64,000 nucleotides of DNA, taken from assembly GCA_044440125.1 (NCBI GenBank), contig JBITAJ010000004.1:96001-160000 (forward strand), written 5' to 3'. Shown here piece by piece: positions 1 to 10,183 of this stretch (position 1 is its first letter; each line of letters begins with the position of its first letter). This DNA is from Sedimentisphaeraceae bacterium JB056 (GTDB lineage: Bacteria > Planctomycetota > Phycisphaerae > Sedimentisphaerales > Sedimentisphaeraceae). The position numbers and the translations under genes were made by a program. The notes under the pieces were generated by a model, which saw only the letters and a list, made by a program, of their open reading frames with translations, was not told where the DNA came from and did no database searches.

Positions 1-1122
1 ATGCGGCCCGCGAACAAAACATAAATTTACACCATCGCAGTCTATTTGACTTGCTGATTCTCTTATCAACCCAAGCATGAAATCCTGCGTCTTAGGAAAC
101 GCAAAACTTGCCTTCTCAAGAACTGTACCATCAGCAAGCATCTGTCGACAATCAGGATTCTGATCTAAAAAACCGCCGTGACTTTGTGATGCCGGTATCT
201 TGCCAAGTATGCCCAGTCGCATCATAATATCAAACTTGATTCCCATTTCATGACAATGCTTCGCCGCAATGTTTTGAGCGATTATGCCCTTAGAAGCAAA
301 ATTAAGGAGAGTGTTTTTCATCTGGGTTTCGCCACGATTCCTTTTGGTAGGGATTACACCGTCCTCAAAATCATAAGATGCCCACTTATCTACAAAAATA
401 GCCCCTGCAACTTTTGTAGGATAATTAACTCTATCACCATAATTAACCGCCCAGAGAACCTTGCCAACATCAGAATACCGATACGGCTCTACCAGTGACA
501 ATATATCTTCCTCATCTTCAAACTGATTCCAGAAAAAGTAACTCATACCATCAATAGTTGATGTGAGATTGCGTGTTGAGTCGTCTTCTCTATCGGCAAT
601 AACGCTTTCAATCTCCTTATCGCTCATCGGAACAAGTTTGATATATGCGTAGTAAACCCTATGACCAAGCAGACCATTAGACTTATCCAACACAATATCC
701 TTACCAGTCAAATCAGCACAATCAAAATACACTTCCCTCAGGAATGTAGCGTCCTGAGTTCCGTTACTTGCAGAATCATGTATCAGCCTAAAACCCTTCT
801 GATCAGAAAGTTTTATCTGCAAAGTTGTCGGCGTGCCCCAGTTAGAATCAAATTTAGGGTTCCAATAGCCCACGTATATCTTATGCCATCCGTTAACCTG
901 GACCGGGACAGTTACTGCCGGTGCATTAATATGTGCAAGCGTACCAATCATCTTACCTCTAAGCTCAGCGGTAGAATAATCAATCAATTGCCATTTGCCC
1001 TGCTCAAGCTTTTCAGAGAATGCCGCAGGCTTACACTTACTCATATCTGTAATATAAACAGATTTAGCAAATCCCAACCCACTAAGCAAACAACATATAA
1101 AAACAACTATACTCTTCTTCAT
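1..1122 (-). CDS. Secreted putative glycoside hydrolase (GHL10/GH156-like TIM-barrel module), partial, runs off the left edge
   Basis: Not in the ORF track because there is no stop in the window. Translated by eye from ATG at 1122 (RBS AAGGA upstream): MKKSIVVFICCLLSGLGFAKSVYITDMSK...GKWQLIDY...IYVGYWNP...TIDGMSYF...WAVNYGDRVNY...FDIMMRLG...KASFAF...DGVNLCFVRGPH. This is collinear with the C-terminal modules of 3525..5834 and 13908..17369. Confidence 0.9.
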   Translation of the reverse strand, partial: MKKSIVVFICCLLSGLGFAKSVYITDMSKCKPAAFSEKLEQGKWQLIDYSTAELRGKMIGTLAHINAPAVTVPVQVNGWHKIYVGYWNPKFDSNWGTPTTLQIKLSDQKGFRLIHDSASNGTQDATFLREVYFDCADLTGKDIVLDKSNGLLGHRVYYAYIKLVPMSDKEIESVIADREDDSTRNLTSTIDGMSYFFWNQFEDEEDILSLVEPYRYSDVGKVLWAVNYGDRVNYPTKVAGAIFVDKWASYDFEDGVIPTKRNRGETQMKNTLLNFASKGIIAQNIAAKHCHEMGIKFDIMMRLGILGKIPASQSHGGFLDQNPDCRQMLADGTVLEKASFAFPKTQDFMLGLIRESASQIDCDGVNLCFVRGPH

Positions 1123-1134
1123 TTCAATCCTTTA

Positions 1135-3528
1135 TTAACCACCACTATAAATAGCATCCGCAATTCCATCATAAACGTTTATACCACCAACTTCATAAAG
1201 CTTGATATCGGTAGTATCGTAACTATCTCTAATATTCTCAAGATATTCCGAATGCCCTGCATATTTGAGATAGTTCCAAATATCAGCATCTTCTATTCTT
1301 TCCACGGCATCAAAAAACGCAAACCTGTTCGCACCATCTGTAAAAACCGACTGAACAATATCGGTAGTAACCTCACTACTTCCGGCGGAATACTGACAAC
1401 CATAAGTTTGACAAAGAGCCAGCAAATCACTATCAACTTGTCCTGAATAAACAAGTTCATCAATAGAACCGGATGTAATCCATGTGTCTATATCTATCCC
1501 ATCGGCAAATAAGTCATCTTCTGATACGATTGCTGTAATTCCGATACTACCATCAATAGCCGCTCTTATATCAGAAAGAAAACCATTCATAATATCTGCT
1601 CTTTTTTGAGCAATACGACTATCGGAAGAATCTATATTGCGCGGATCAACACCATAAGTTTTATAAAAAGCCACAACAAAGGGCTGTTCAAATCGAATAT
1701 AGGAGGCCTGTCCTCTAAAATCAAGGCATATACTCTCTGGAGAAAACTCACTAATTGCCTCATTTATAAGGTTAATCATAAATGTTTGAACAGATGAATA
1801 TGCGTAGCTCGCTCTGTTTACAAACTTGCCCTCGTATGTAATCTGCCTGTATCCTGGATTAAGTTCAACCAAACTATCAGGGCTCCAGAGTGGCATATTG
1901 GGCACACCACCGGCAATCCCCATCTCAAAGATAAGCCCCAAGTCTACAGAATATTCCGAACAAACATCGCTTACAATTTCACATACACTGGTTTGCGATA
2001 AACTAAGACTACTGTAAGTTTCATACTCTTGTTTATCTGCTATCACATTCTCATTGACAGTTTCAATAAGGACGCTACTTTGAGCATCAGAGCGGTAAAC
2101 AGCTCCGGTTAAAGAAGACTTAAAGTCTGTAATAAAACCACTTGCCGCCGGCCACAATACACGATTCACATCGGTATCTACCAAAGGTTTGATAAGCCTG
2201 CGATAATCATCAACAGTTGTAAACTCACCCTTTGAAAAATAATCACGACCGAAAACAGCCGTTACCGAATTGGTGGAAGAATTGTAACTCGATACAAAAT
2301 CTTCTGTAACAGGAACAAGCTTTAGGTATGCGATAAATGTCTTCTTCGCCGCAATGCCATTATCCTTACCTATAACAATATCATTACCTGTAAGGTTATG
2401 GAAACCAAAGAAAGCCTCTCGCAAATATGTAGAATCTTGCGTATCACGGCTAACACTTTCATAAGCACAGTTAAATCCAGGCTCACCGCTAAGCCGAAGC
2501 TTTACGCAACTATCGCCATCACCATTAAAACCAGGGTTCCAGTAACCAACATACACCCCATAATATCCATCCTGAGGAACAGGTATTGTTATTTCGGGGG
2601 CATCAATATACGATGGTGCCGAAAGCATCTTGCCCGATATTTGCAAACTCTCATAATCGATTACCTGCCACTTGCCAAGTTCAGCATCTTGAGAAATCGA
2701 AGTCGCAGGCGTAGCAATAGACATATCAGTAATGTAAAGGGTAAAGGAATCTTTCCTGCCTTGAAGCCAGTTCACTGCGACGGCATCAAGGTCGTCCATT
2801 CCCAATTCATCAAGCCAATAAGAAGCTACAATCCTATAATCATACATATCAACAAAACAGTCTTGATTATAATCGCCACCGCTCCACTCTGATGGGAGAT
2901 ATACCCCTGAAATCCAACGAATATAATCAAGCTCCCAATCGGCATCATTAGCCCCGGTCATATCACCAAACTGTATTTTACCGGAGCGGTTAAGACCCGT
3001 ATATCCCGAATAAAGCGTAGTTACACCAACCGCCTGATCATCGCCGTCATAATAGAGTTTAACCCCATCGCTGCCGGTTTGTATTGTTATCCGATAGGTA
3101 TGAAAATCATCCTGCGTATCAAGAGCTGTAAATCTGCAATTAGTAATATTAAAGCCATTGGATGCAAGCTCCATGATACAACCACGATCGGCAGAATCAT
3201 AGAAATTCATCATCGCTGCGCCACCACCTTCAAAGAGATTATTTTTAGCCCTTATCTCAATTGTAGCACCTTGGGCAAAATCAAGATCATTTCCTTCATG
3301 GTTCCATATCAGCCCAGCATCTTTACCAGTAGTGTCAATATGAATGATGCCGTTAAAAGCATCAAAGCTTTGATCCCAACCTACGCCCCATCCAGAAACA
3401 CTCCACTGACCGGTATTCGGCACAGTATCGGCATCATATCTACCCTGCCAGCAGTCACTGCTACTCTGGGCATAAATGTTTGAAAATGCTAATAAAATTA
3501 GTGCGATATATTTCATTATAACCTTCAA
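1135..3528 (-). CDS. Secreted modular protein: lectin-like domain + dockerin-like motif + divergent TIM-barrel GH-like module
   Basis: 797 aa with signal peptide, one W.G.Y.AD...FHTYR...FGD.T...WELDYIRW domain, GDYNQDCFVD...YWL motif, then YITDMS...YVGYWNP module paralogous to neighbours. Confidence 0.85.
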   Translation of the reverse strand: MKVIMKYIALILLAFSNIYAQSSSDCWQGRYDADTVPNTGQWSVSGWGVGWDQSFDAFNGIIHIDTTGKDAGLIWNHEGNDLDFAQGATIEIRAKNNLFEGGGAAMMNFYDSADRGCIMELASNGFNITNCRFTALDTQDDFHTYRITIQTGSDGVKLYYDGDDQAVGVTTLYSGYTGLNRSGKIQFGDMTGANDADWELDYIRWISGVYLPSEWSGGDYNQDCFVDMYDYRIVASYWLDELGMDDLDAVAVNWLQGRKDSFTLYITDMSIATPATSISQDAELGKWQVIDYESLQISGKMLSAPSYIDAPEITIPVPQDGYYGVYVGYWNPGFNGDGDSCVKLRLSGEPGFNCAYESVSRDTQDSTYLREAFFGFHNLTGNDIVIGKDNGIAAKKTFIAYLKLVPVTEDFVSSYNSSTNSVTAVFGRDYFSKGEFTTVDDYRRLIKPLVDTDVNRVLWPAASGFITDFKSSLTGAVYRSDAQSSVLIETVNENVIADKQEYETYSSLSLSQTSVCEIVSDVCSEYSVDLGLIFEMGIAGGVPNMPLWSPDSLVELNPGYRQITYEGKFVNRASYAYSSVQTFMINLINEAISEFSPESICLDFRGQASYIRFEQPFVVAFYKTYGVDPRNIDSSDSRIAQKRADIMNGFLSDIRAAIDGSIGITAIVSEDDLFADGIDIDTWITSGSIDELVYSGQVDSDLLALCQTYGCQYSAGSSEVTTDIVQSVFTDGANRFAFFDAVERIEDADIWNYLKYAGHSEYLENIRDSYDTTDIKLYEVGGINVYDGIADAIYSGG

Positions 3529-5834
3529 TTCCCAATAATCTGGTCTAAACCGGCTGAAAGGTCTATATTATTTATAACTTCAATTGCGATTGTACGGCTC
3601 TGCGGAGCATAATTCCCCCAGTTAGCCATTTCGTCCTGATGACCAATTCTTCTAACCCAATTCCATGGATTATACTTAATCTGCACAGAATCAACATCCC
3701 AATATCCAAAACTATCAACACCATCATTATAGGCAGATGTAACGGTGTCAGGACTCATCGCCTTAGCATCTCGATAGCCGGTAAAGAGTGTAAAATCACA
3801 GCCGTAATTATCACAAAGAGACATATACGTAGCATCTGTTCCTTCCTGACATATAACTCTATCAACCAGACCAGAAGTAATCCAACCTTCAACATCCAAG
3901 CCCTCTTGAGCGGTTCTCTTACCAAGCCATACATTCTGATCATGAGGCCATACCCACACCGAAAGCTCTATTTCACGACCTTCGGCAATCTCAGCGGCAT
4001 CTACTACGCTACGTGCCTCGCTTACCAGTGCCGTCATAAACTCTATCCACACACCTTGCAATCTGGTATCGGTATAGTCGTAATCTGTAGCATCAAGCCC
4101 GTAGAGCTCAAAAAAACGATCTATAACCGGTTGTTCGTATTGCAGGAAGTGAGGACCACGTACAAAACATAAATTCACTCCATCTGCACCGGTAGTTTCG
4201 AGTGCTTCATTTATCATAGCAATCTGAAAATCCCTAACCGCTTCAAAGGCATAACTCGCCTTATTAACAACATTACCATCTTTATTTATCTGCCTGTATT
4301 CGGGGTGCTGATTTACATAGCTACTGGGATTCCACATTATATCGCCGGGAACACGACCTGTTATACCAAGCCTGAACATTATATCAAATTCAATACCGGC
4401 ATCATCTGCATAGCTCTTTGCCACCTCAACCGGACTTGTAGCAGACTGCTCCATCGTATTAAGAGCATCATACATCTGCTTTTGACCGATGATATAGCTA
4501 TTGGAAATTTGTCCATTAAATAAAGCCATACGCGTATCATCGCCTCCAAGCCATGACGTTTCCGGCAATGAGGATGGATAATTCACCCTGTCGCCGTATG
4601 ACAGGGCCCACAAACACCTTGCAGTATCACTATAGTGGTACTGCTCTATCACGTTTGCCATATCCTGCAAGTCAGAAATATCAAGATAATGAAAAATACT
4701 CATGCCATCAATCGTAGCGGCATCAAGCTTTCTTGTTGTAGTATCCTGCCTATCAAGCTGCACCGCAGATGCTTGTGCAACAGTTAACGGCACAAATTTA
4801 AGATAAGCATAAAATGCATTCATCCCCTGCAAGCCATTTTGTTTAGCAAGATTAACAGTTCTACCTGTCATATCCCTGCTGTCTATAAAAATTTCACGGA
4901 AATAGGTTTTTTCCTTACTATCAAAAACACCCTCATCAAGAATCAATCTATAACCGTTATCGTTATCCAACTTAATTTGCAGACCACATTTCCCGCCGTA
5001 TATAAACTCCGGGTTCCAATAGCCTACATATATTCCATACCACCCTGAAAGTGCGGGTTCTACTGTTATTGCCGGAGCGTTTATAAAAGAATACGCCGCC
5101 GCCATCTTTCCACACACTTGAGCAGTTTCGTACTCAAACAAGCTCCACTTACCCTGCTCAACTGTGCTGCTAAAACCAGATACAGTGCTGGCGTTGCTAA
5201 AATCACTAAAATAAACCGCAGACCAGTCAGGTATTTGCGGCTCACCTAAAATCCACCGGAGATAATCTATATCCCAGTTTCCATCATTTGTTGAAGTAAA
5301 ATCGCCAAACTGTATTCGATTAGTAATACTTGAGCTTTTATCTGTAATTGTAAAAACAAAGGCAGGGTCAACGCTATCATCAACATATAGTTTAGATTGA
5401 CCTATGCCGGTTTTTAGTAATAGTCTGTATGTATGAAAAGCATCTGTAGTATCAATCAAAAACGAGCGTTTGTTTACTACATTAACCATATTTCCCATCA
5501 GGTTCAACGTTACATTCCAGCCTTGAACATCATACACACTTATTGCCGTAGCACCACCTCCATCAGAACTATATACCTTTGCACATAATTCAATCGTCAT
5601 TCCAACCGAAAAATCTGAAACCTGTGAACTTACCCAATAGCAATATTCATCCGAACCGGTAGTATCAATATTCAATATTCCTGCCGAAACAGTACCACCG
5701 CTAATCCCCGAATGCGACCACTGGCCCGAAGGTAACGCATCTGCTTGGTAACCATAAGGCCAACTTGAGCTTGATGCATTCACCACGATAGGCAGTGTTA
5801 ATATAATAAAAATCAGGTAGGTTATCAGTCTCAT
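3525..5834 (-). CDS. Secreted modular putative glycoside hydrolase: lectin-like domain + TIM-barrel module
   Basis: 769 aa with signal peptide, one lectin-like repeat, IDGMS / FDIMFRLG / KASYAF / DGVNLCFVRGP motifs; stop overlaps the next start (coupled). Confidence 0.85.
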   Translation of the reverse strand: MRLITYLIFIILTLPIVVNASSSSWPYGYQADALPSGQWSHSGISGGTVSAGILNIDTTGSDEYCYWVSSQVSDFSVGMTIELCAKVYSSDGGGATAISVYDVQGWNVTLNLMGNMVNVVNKRSFLIDTTDAFHTYRLLLKTGIGQSKLYVDDSVDPAFVFTITDKSSSITNRIQFGDFTSTNDGNWDIDYLRWILGEPQIPDWSAVYFSDFSNASTVSGFSSTVEQGKWSLFEYETAQVCGKMAAAYSFINAPAITVEPALSGWYGIYVGYWNPEFIYGGKCGLQIKLDNDNGYRLILDEGVFDSKEKTYFREIFIDSRDMTGRTVNLAKQNGLQGMNAFYAYLKFVPLTVAQASAVQLDRQDTTTRKLDAATIDGMSIFHYLDISDLQDMANVIEQYHYSDTARCLWALSYGDRVNYPSSLPETSWLGGDDTRMALFNGQISNSYIIGQKQMYDALNTMEQSATSPVEVAKSYADDAGIEFDIMFRLGITGRVPGDIMWNPSSYVNQHPEYRQINKDGNVVNKASYAFEAVRDFQIAMINEALETTGADGVNLCFVRGPHFLQYEQPVIDRFFELYGLDATDYDYTDTRLQGVWIEFMTALVSEARSVVDAAEIAEGREIELSVWVWPHDQNVWLGKRTAQEGLDVEGWITSGLVDRVICQEGTDATYMSLCDNYGCDFTLFTGYRDAKAMSPDTVTSAYNDGVDSFGYWDVDSVQIKYNPWNWVRRIGHQDEMANWGNYAPQSRTIAIEVINNIDLSAGLDQIIGN

Positions 5835-5844
5835 AAATATCCTT

Positions 5845-5883
5845 AATACAATGGGCGACCCTACATGGGTCGCCCATTGTATT
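5845..5883. repeat. Perfect 17-bp-stem intergenic hairpin inside the operon
   Basis: AATACAATGGGCGACCC-TACAT-GGGTCGCCCATTGTATT. Confidence 0.85.
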
Positions 5884-5887
5884 TATG

Positions 5888-6658
5888 TTATTCTTCTTCA
5901 ACAGGTCTGGTATCCATAAGCCACATATTTGCCATTACGGCAAAGTCGCCAATATCAACAATACAGTTAAAGTCAAGGTCACCCACTGGTATAAGATTAT
6001 TAGAATCTCCACAGTAGCTTGTTACTCCTACTGGAGGAAAATCACCTTCGTTTGTCCAGCGGATATAATCAATATCCCAGTCAGCATCTGCCGTACCTGT
6101 AAGATCACCAAACATAAGCGTGTCAGAAGTTGTCATATTTTTATACGCAATCCTACCACTCATAAATGGCTCGTTAGCGTCATCCAGCCAGCACAAAACT
6201 GCTTGTGAATCTGGATTCAATGTAAACCTATAAGTATGAAAATCATTAGGGTCGAGATATTCAGTTGTAGAGTTTGTAAGGCTTATACGATTATTTCTAA
6301 GCGTAATACCAACCAAACTTGCATTTACATCATAAAACTGAACAACAGCAGATCCGCCATCCTGATATTCATTCATCTTAGCACGAAACTCTATACTCAT
6401 GCCGGTGTTAAAGTTAAAACCGACATCAGACATTGTCCAATATCCATAATCATCATCATCGTAAGAGTCCATGTTAAGAACCCCATCTTGGGCAATGCTT
6501 ATGTACTCAGCGTTTGCAACAGCAGTCCAGCCATCATTGGATGGAATATCGGTTGCCTCATAACTACCCTCCCAGGTAGTAGAATCAGCTGTAACAGCCA
6601 TCAAAGACGATGCCAAAAGCATCATAAATACCATAATTAAAGTGTATATTCTACGCAT
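5888..6658 (-). CDS. Secreted protein: single lectin-like (ConA/LamG-like) domain + C-terminal dockerin-like motif
   Basis: Signal peptide, TADSTTWEGSYEA...WDIDYIRW domain, tail GDLDFNCIVDIGDFAVMANMWL. Confidence 0.85.
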   Translation of the reverse strand: MRRIYTLIMVFMMLLASSLMAVTADSTTWEGSYEATDIPSNDGWTAVANAEYISIAQDGVLNMDSYDDDDYGYWTMSDVGFNFNTGMSIEFRAKMNEYQDGGSAVVQFYDVNASLVGITLRNNRISLTNSTTEYLDPNDFHTYRFTLNPDSQAVLCWLDDANEPFMSGRIAYKNMTTSDTLMFGDLTGTADADWDIDYIRWTNEGDFPPVGVTSYCGDSNNLIPVGDLDFNCIVDIGDFAVMANMWLMDTRPVEEE

Positions 6659-6692
6659 AGTTTAATTCCTTATATTAATATCGTATGTAACC

Positions 6693-8609
6693 TTATTCAA
6701 CACTTACGCCGTAAAGCCAATTGCTTACAAGCAATACTATATCATCACTATTCACCAGGCAATCGAAATTCAAATCACCTATAGGATACTGATGTAATGC
6801 ATCACCACAAAGCTCTGGTGGAACTAATTGCCCCTGAGCTGTCCAGCGAACATAGTCCAACTGCCATGCAGAGTCATTGGTTCCGGTTATATCACCGAAG
6901 AAAAATCTATCTGCACGATTAAGACCTGTTAGGCCGGCAGGATAGGTAACTTCACGATTTGGTACTTTAGCCCCATCAACATAAAGCTTAGCTGTTGTAG
7001 CACCCATAGTTATACGATAAACATGAAAATCATCTGTAGTATCCATTGCATGAGTTCCAGCGGAAGAGAAATTGAAAACATTATCCTCCAAACCCATATA
7101 CAACCCTACATCATTTTTGTCAAACATGCAGAATACGGCTGTAACGGATCCCTCAGCATGGTTCAGCTTAGCTTTAAATTCAAGGCTTGCACCTTCGCTA
7201 AAATCAACACCAGAACCTAAAGAGCTTTCCCAATTAAATGACGTGTCATAACTTAATGAATTAAAGTCAGCGATTCCATTATCTACAGAAGTATAAGTGC
7301 CAGCGGCACCTGCGGCAAACCAGCCATCAGTATCAGGCATTGCATCTGCCTCATAGCTATACTCCCATGTCGTACTATCAGCGGTAATGCCTGTTATTTC
7401 AGGAGCAATCGCACCGCTATTAGTCCATCTAACATAGTCGAGTTCCCAGTTAGAATCGTTGCCACCTGTTGCGTCACCAAAATTGAACTTATTGGCGTTA
7501 CCAGCACTATCCAAACCAGTGAATCTGGCAACAGTAGTTACAGCTACAAAATTGTTATCAACATATAACTCAAAAGTGTCATTTATATAGCATATCCTGT
7601 AAATATGAAAGTCATCAGTTGTTGTCAAGGTAGTAAAGGCTGAACTATATAGATTTATACCAGTATCCCTAAAATCAACAATAGACCCCTTGCCATCTTT
7701 ATCATAGATATAGAACGCGGCAGTTACCGCACCTTGCTGCGAGATCATCTTAGCTCTAAACTCAACAGTTGAACCATTGATAAAATCAAGTTCTGCGTCA
7801 GAAGTTAATGTCCAATTGAAACTTGTATCAAAATCAATACTATTCAATGTAAGGATACCATTAGAAACAGTTGAATAAGTTGAAGCAGGACCTCCCTGTA
7901 ACCAACCAGCCTCACTCGGTAATACGTCGGCTTCATAGGAGCCTTCCCAAGTTGAAGAATCAGCGGTAATCGGGTCTTGTGGTGGAGCAAATGAACCACC
8001 ATCTGTCCAGCGGATATAGTCTATATCCCAGTCCGCATCATTACCAGCTGTCAAATCACCAATACGGAAAGTGCCTGCTGCTGCAGTAGCGCCACCGTAA
8101 GTTCTTGTGTAAACAGGAGTCAGAACATCATCAATATAAAGCTTTATTTCATCTGTACCCGTACCAATTGCAATCCTGTATGTATGGAAGTCATCTGTCG
8201 TATCGAAAGCATAAAGCCCCAATCCAGAAAAATTAAAAGCAGCAGCCTGAGGCTCCATAAAAAGCAATCTTCCGGCAGTATCAGCAACATAGATTGATGT
8301 TGTTGCTCCACCCTGCCACTCATTGACCTTCGCCCTTATCTCAAGTGTAGCACCTGTAGAAAAGTCAAAGTTTGAACCGGCATCATACGACCACCAACCG
8401 GTAGTTCCATCATCAAACGTGTCAAGTTTGGCAATGCCACCAGCAACAGTAGGCGCGGTTCCGTTAACTGTCCAGCCGACAGTATCAGGAGAAGCATCAG
8501 CCTCATAGCTGTTCTCCCAAGTTGTTGAATCAGCAGTAATTTCTGCGTTTACCAGCATTGTGAACATCAACATAGACATCACAACAAACAAAAATCGAAA
8601 TTCTTTCAT
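6693..8609 (-). CDS. Secreted protein: three tandem lectin-like domains + C-terminal dockerin-like motif
   Basis: Three ITADS.TWE.SYEAD...DY(I/V)RW repeats, tail GDLNFDCLVNSDDIVLLVSNWL; RBS AAGGAG. Confidence 0.85.
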   Translation of the reverse strand: MKEFRFLFVVMSMLMFTMLVNAEITADSTTWENSYEADASPDTVGWTVNGTAPTVAGGIAKLDTFDDGTTGWWSYDAGSNFDFSTGATLEIRAKVNEWQGGATTSIYVADTAGRLLFMEPQAAAFNFSGLGLYAFDTTDDFHTYRIAIGTGTDEIKLYIDDVLTPVYTRTYGGATAAAGTFRIGDLTAGNDADWDIDYIRWTDGGSFAPPQDPITADSSTWEGSYEADVLPSEAGWLQGGPASTYSTVSNGILTLNSIDFDTSFNWTLTSDAELDFINGSTVEFRAKMISQQGAVTAAFYIYDKDGKGSIVDFRDTGINLYSSAFTTLTTTDDFHIYRICYINDTFELYVDNNFVAVTTVARFTGLDSAGNANKFNFGDATGGNDSNWELDYVRWTNSGAIAPEITGITADSTTWEYSYEADAMPDTDGWFAAGAAGTYTSVDNGIADFNSLSYDTSFNWESSLGSGVDFSEGASLEFKAKLNHAEGSVTAVFCMFDKNDVGLYMGLEDNVFNFSSAGTHAMDTTDDFHVYRITMGATTAKLYVDGAKVPNREVTYPAGLTGLNRADRFFFGDITGTNDSAWQLDYVRWTAQGQLVPPELCGDALHQYPIGDLNFDCLVNSDDIVLLVSNWLYGVSVE

Positions 8610-8626
8610 TTGTAGCTCCTTTAAAA

Positions 8627-10171
8627 CTATTTTATATTTCTATAACGAATATTCCATTTATCAAACATTTGAAAATGGAAATCCAACTTTTCACAAAAAA
8701 CATTATAACTTTCTTTATTCCTTCCTTTCCAGGAACTTTGAACAATCGCCATTGCTCTGGGCCATGTCATATATTCTAAATGCTGCTGATTAGAAATGTA
8801 CTCCGTCCACAAACATCCCTGCATTCCCTTAATCTTAGTTACCTGATCCGCCCTTATATTATCAGGAACAGGGTTATAAGAATACACAACATCTAACGGT
8901 AAAACACACTCCTTGCTCAAAGCCATTGGTTCTTTTTCAGGACTCCCCTGATAATAATCAAGATAGCATCTTTGGTTTGGTGTCATCACCGAATCATTAC
9001 CAGATAAAGCTGATTTCATACATGCTTCTAATTCACCAAACCACGGCATCACCGTTGCTCCATCAGGTACAGCATCGGCATCGTCCCAACATATCATTTT
9101 CCGATCGTTTTCGGCAAGAAATTCTTTGATACGAGTATTGAACCATAACTGTAAACCCTTTTCGTCTTTCAAGCCAAGTTCTTTGATCTTTTTCTGGCAA
9201 ACCGGGCATTGTTTCCACCTGTCGTGCTTTACTTCATCACCACCGATATGTATATATTCCGATGGAAACAGATCAATAACTTCTTTCAATACATTTGTAT
9301 TAAACTCAAAAACTTCATCTTTTCCTAAGCAGTAAACATCTTCATATACACCCCAGCAACAAGCTACATCTACTTTATGCTCCCTGCACGAAAGTTCAGG
9401 ATATGCCGCTATTGCCGCCAAAGAATGCCCCGGCATTCCAATCTCAGGTACAATAGTAACAAATCTATCTGACGCATACTCAACTATTTCTCGTATATCC
9501 TGTTGAGTAAAAAAACCGCCATGAATTTTTCCATCATAAGTTCTATCATCTGCCCTAATTTCATGATGATTACCAATGAGAGTTTGCTTTCGCCATGAAC
9601 CAATTTCCGTAAGCAAAGGATATTTTTTTATCTCTACTCTCCAACCTTGATCCTCTGTAAGATGCAAATGCAACATATTAAATTTATAATAACTCATTGT
9701 ATCAATAAATTTTTTAACGATTTTCTTATCAAAAAAATGCCGACCAACATCAAGAAGCAATCCACGCCAGGCTAACTCAGGATAATCTATTATCTCAAGA
9801 CACGGCAACTTATAACCATTACCATCCCAACCTGTTTGAAGAAATAACTGAGCCAATGTCTGCAAACCATAATAAAACCCGCAATAATCTCTGGCTATTA
9901 AAGTTATCTTATCTTGATCTATTTTGAGCTTATAAGCCTCTTTAGATTTTGAGCCTTCTATACAATCAGATTTTATAAGAACGATTGCAGAATCGCATGA
10001 ATTTGAAATTTTTAATGATAAACCAGTTCGTAAGTTAAAAATCTGCAACAATGATTCTGCACGCTCAAACTTAATTTCAGGACAAAATACGTCAAAAAAA
10101 ACTGCTTTATTATAACCGTTATTACAAATCTGTATCTGAGGCTCGGGGATTATATTTATGCCTGAAAACAA
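8627..10171 (-). CDS. Beta-N-acetylhexosaminidase, GH20
   Basis: WRGLLLDVGRHF, HLHLTEDQGWR, IHIGGDEV catalytic motif, GCLWTEYI; no evident signal peptide. Confidence 0.95.
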   Translation of the reverse strand: MFSGINIIPEPQIQICNNGYNKAVFFDVFCPEIKFERAESLLQIFNLRTGLSLKISNSCDSAIVLIKSDCIEGSKSKEAYKLKIDQDKITLIARDYCGFYYGLQTLAQLFLQTGWDGNGYKLPCLEIIDYPELAWRGLLLDVGRHFFDKKIVKKFIDTMSYYKFNMLHLHLTEDQGWRVEIKKYPLLTEIGSWRKQTLIGNHHEIRADDRTYDGKIHGGFFTQQDIREIVEYASDRFVTIVPEIGMPGHSLAAIAAYPELSCREHKVDVACCWGVYEDVYCLGKDEVFEFNTNVLKEVIDLFPSEYIHIGGDEVKHDRWKQCPVCQKKIKELGLKDEKGLQLWFNTRIKEFLAENDRKMICWDDADAVPDGATVMPWFGELEACMKSALSGNDSVMTPNQRCYLDYYQGSPEKEPMALSKECVLPLDVVYSYNPVPDNIRADQVTKIKGMQGCLWTEYISNQQHLEYMTWPRAMAIVQSSWKGRNKESYNVFCEKLDFHFQMFDKWNIRYRNIK

Positions 10172-10183
10172 AATTACACCCAG

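Noticed and set aside
250..1446. Plus-strand ORFs 250..498 and 661..1446
   Set aside because: Antisense shadows of the real minus-strand hydrolase genes; no recognisable motifs
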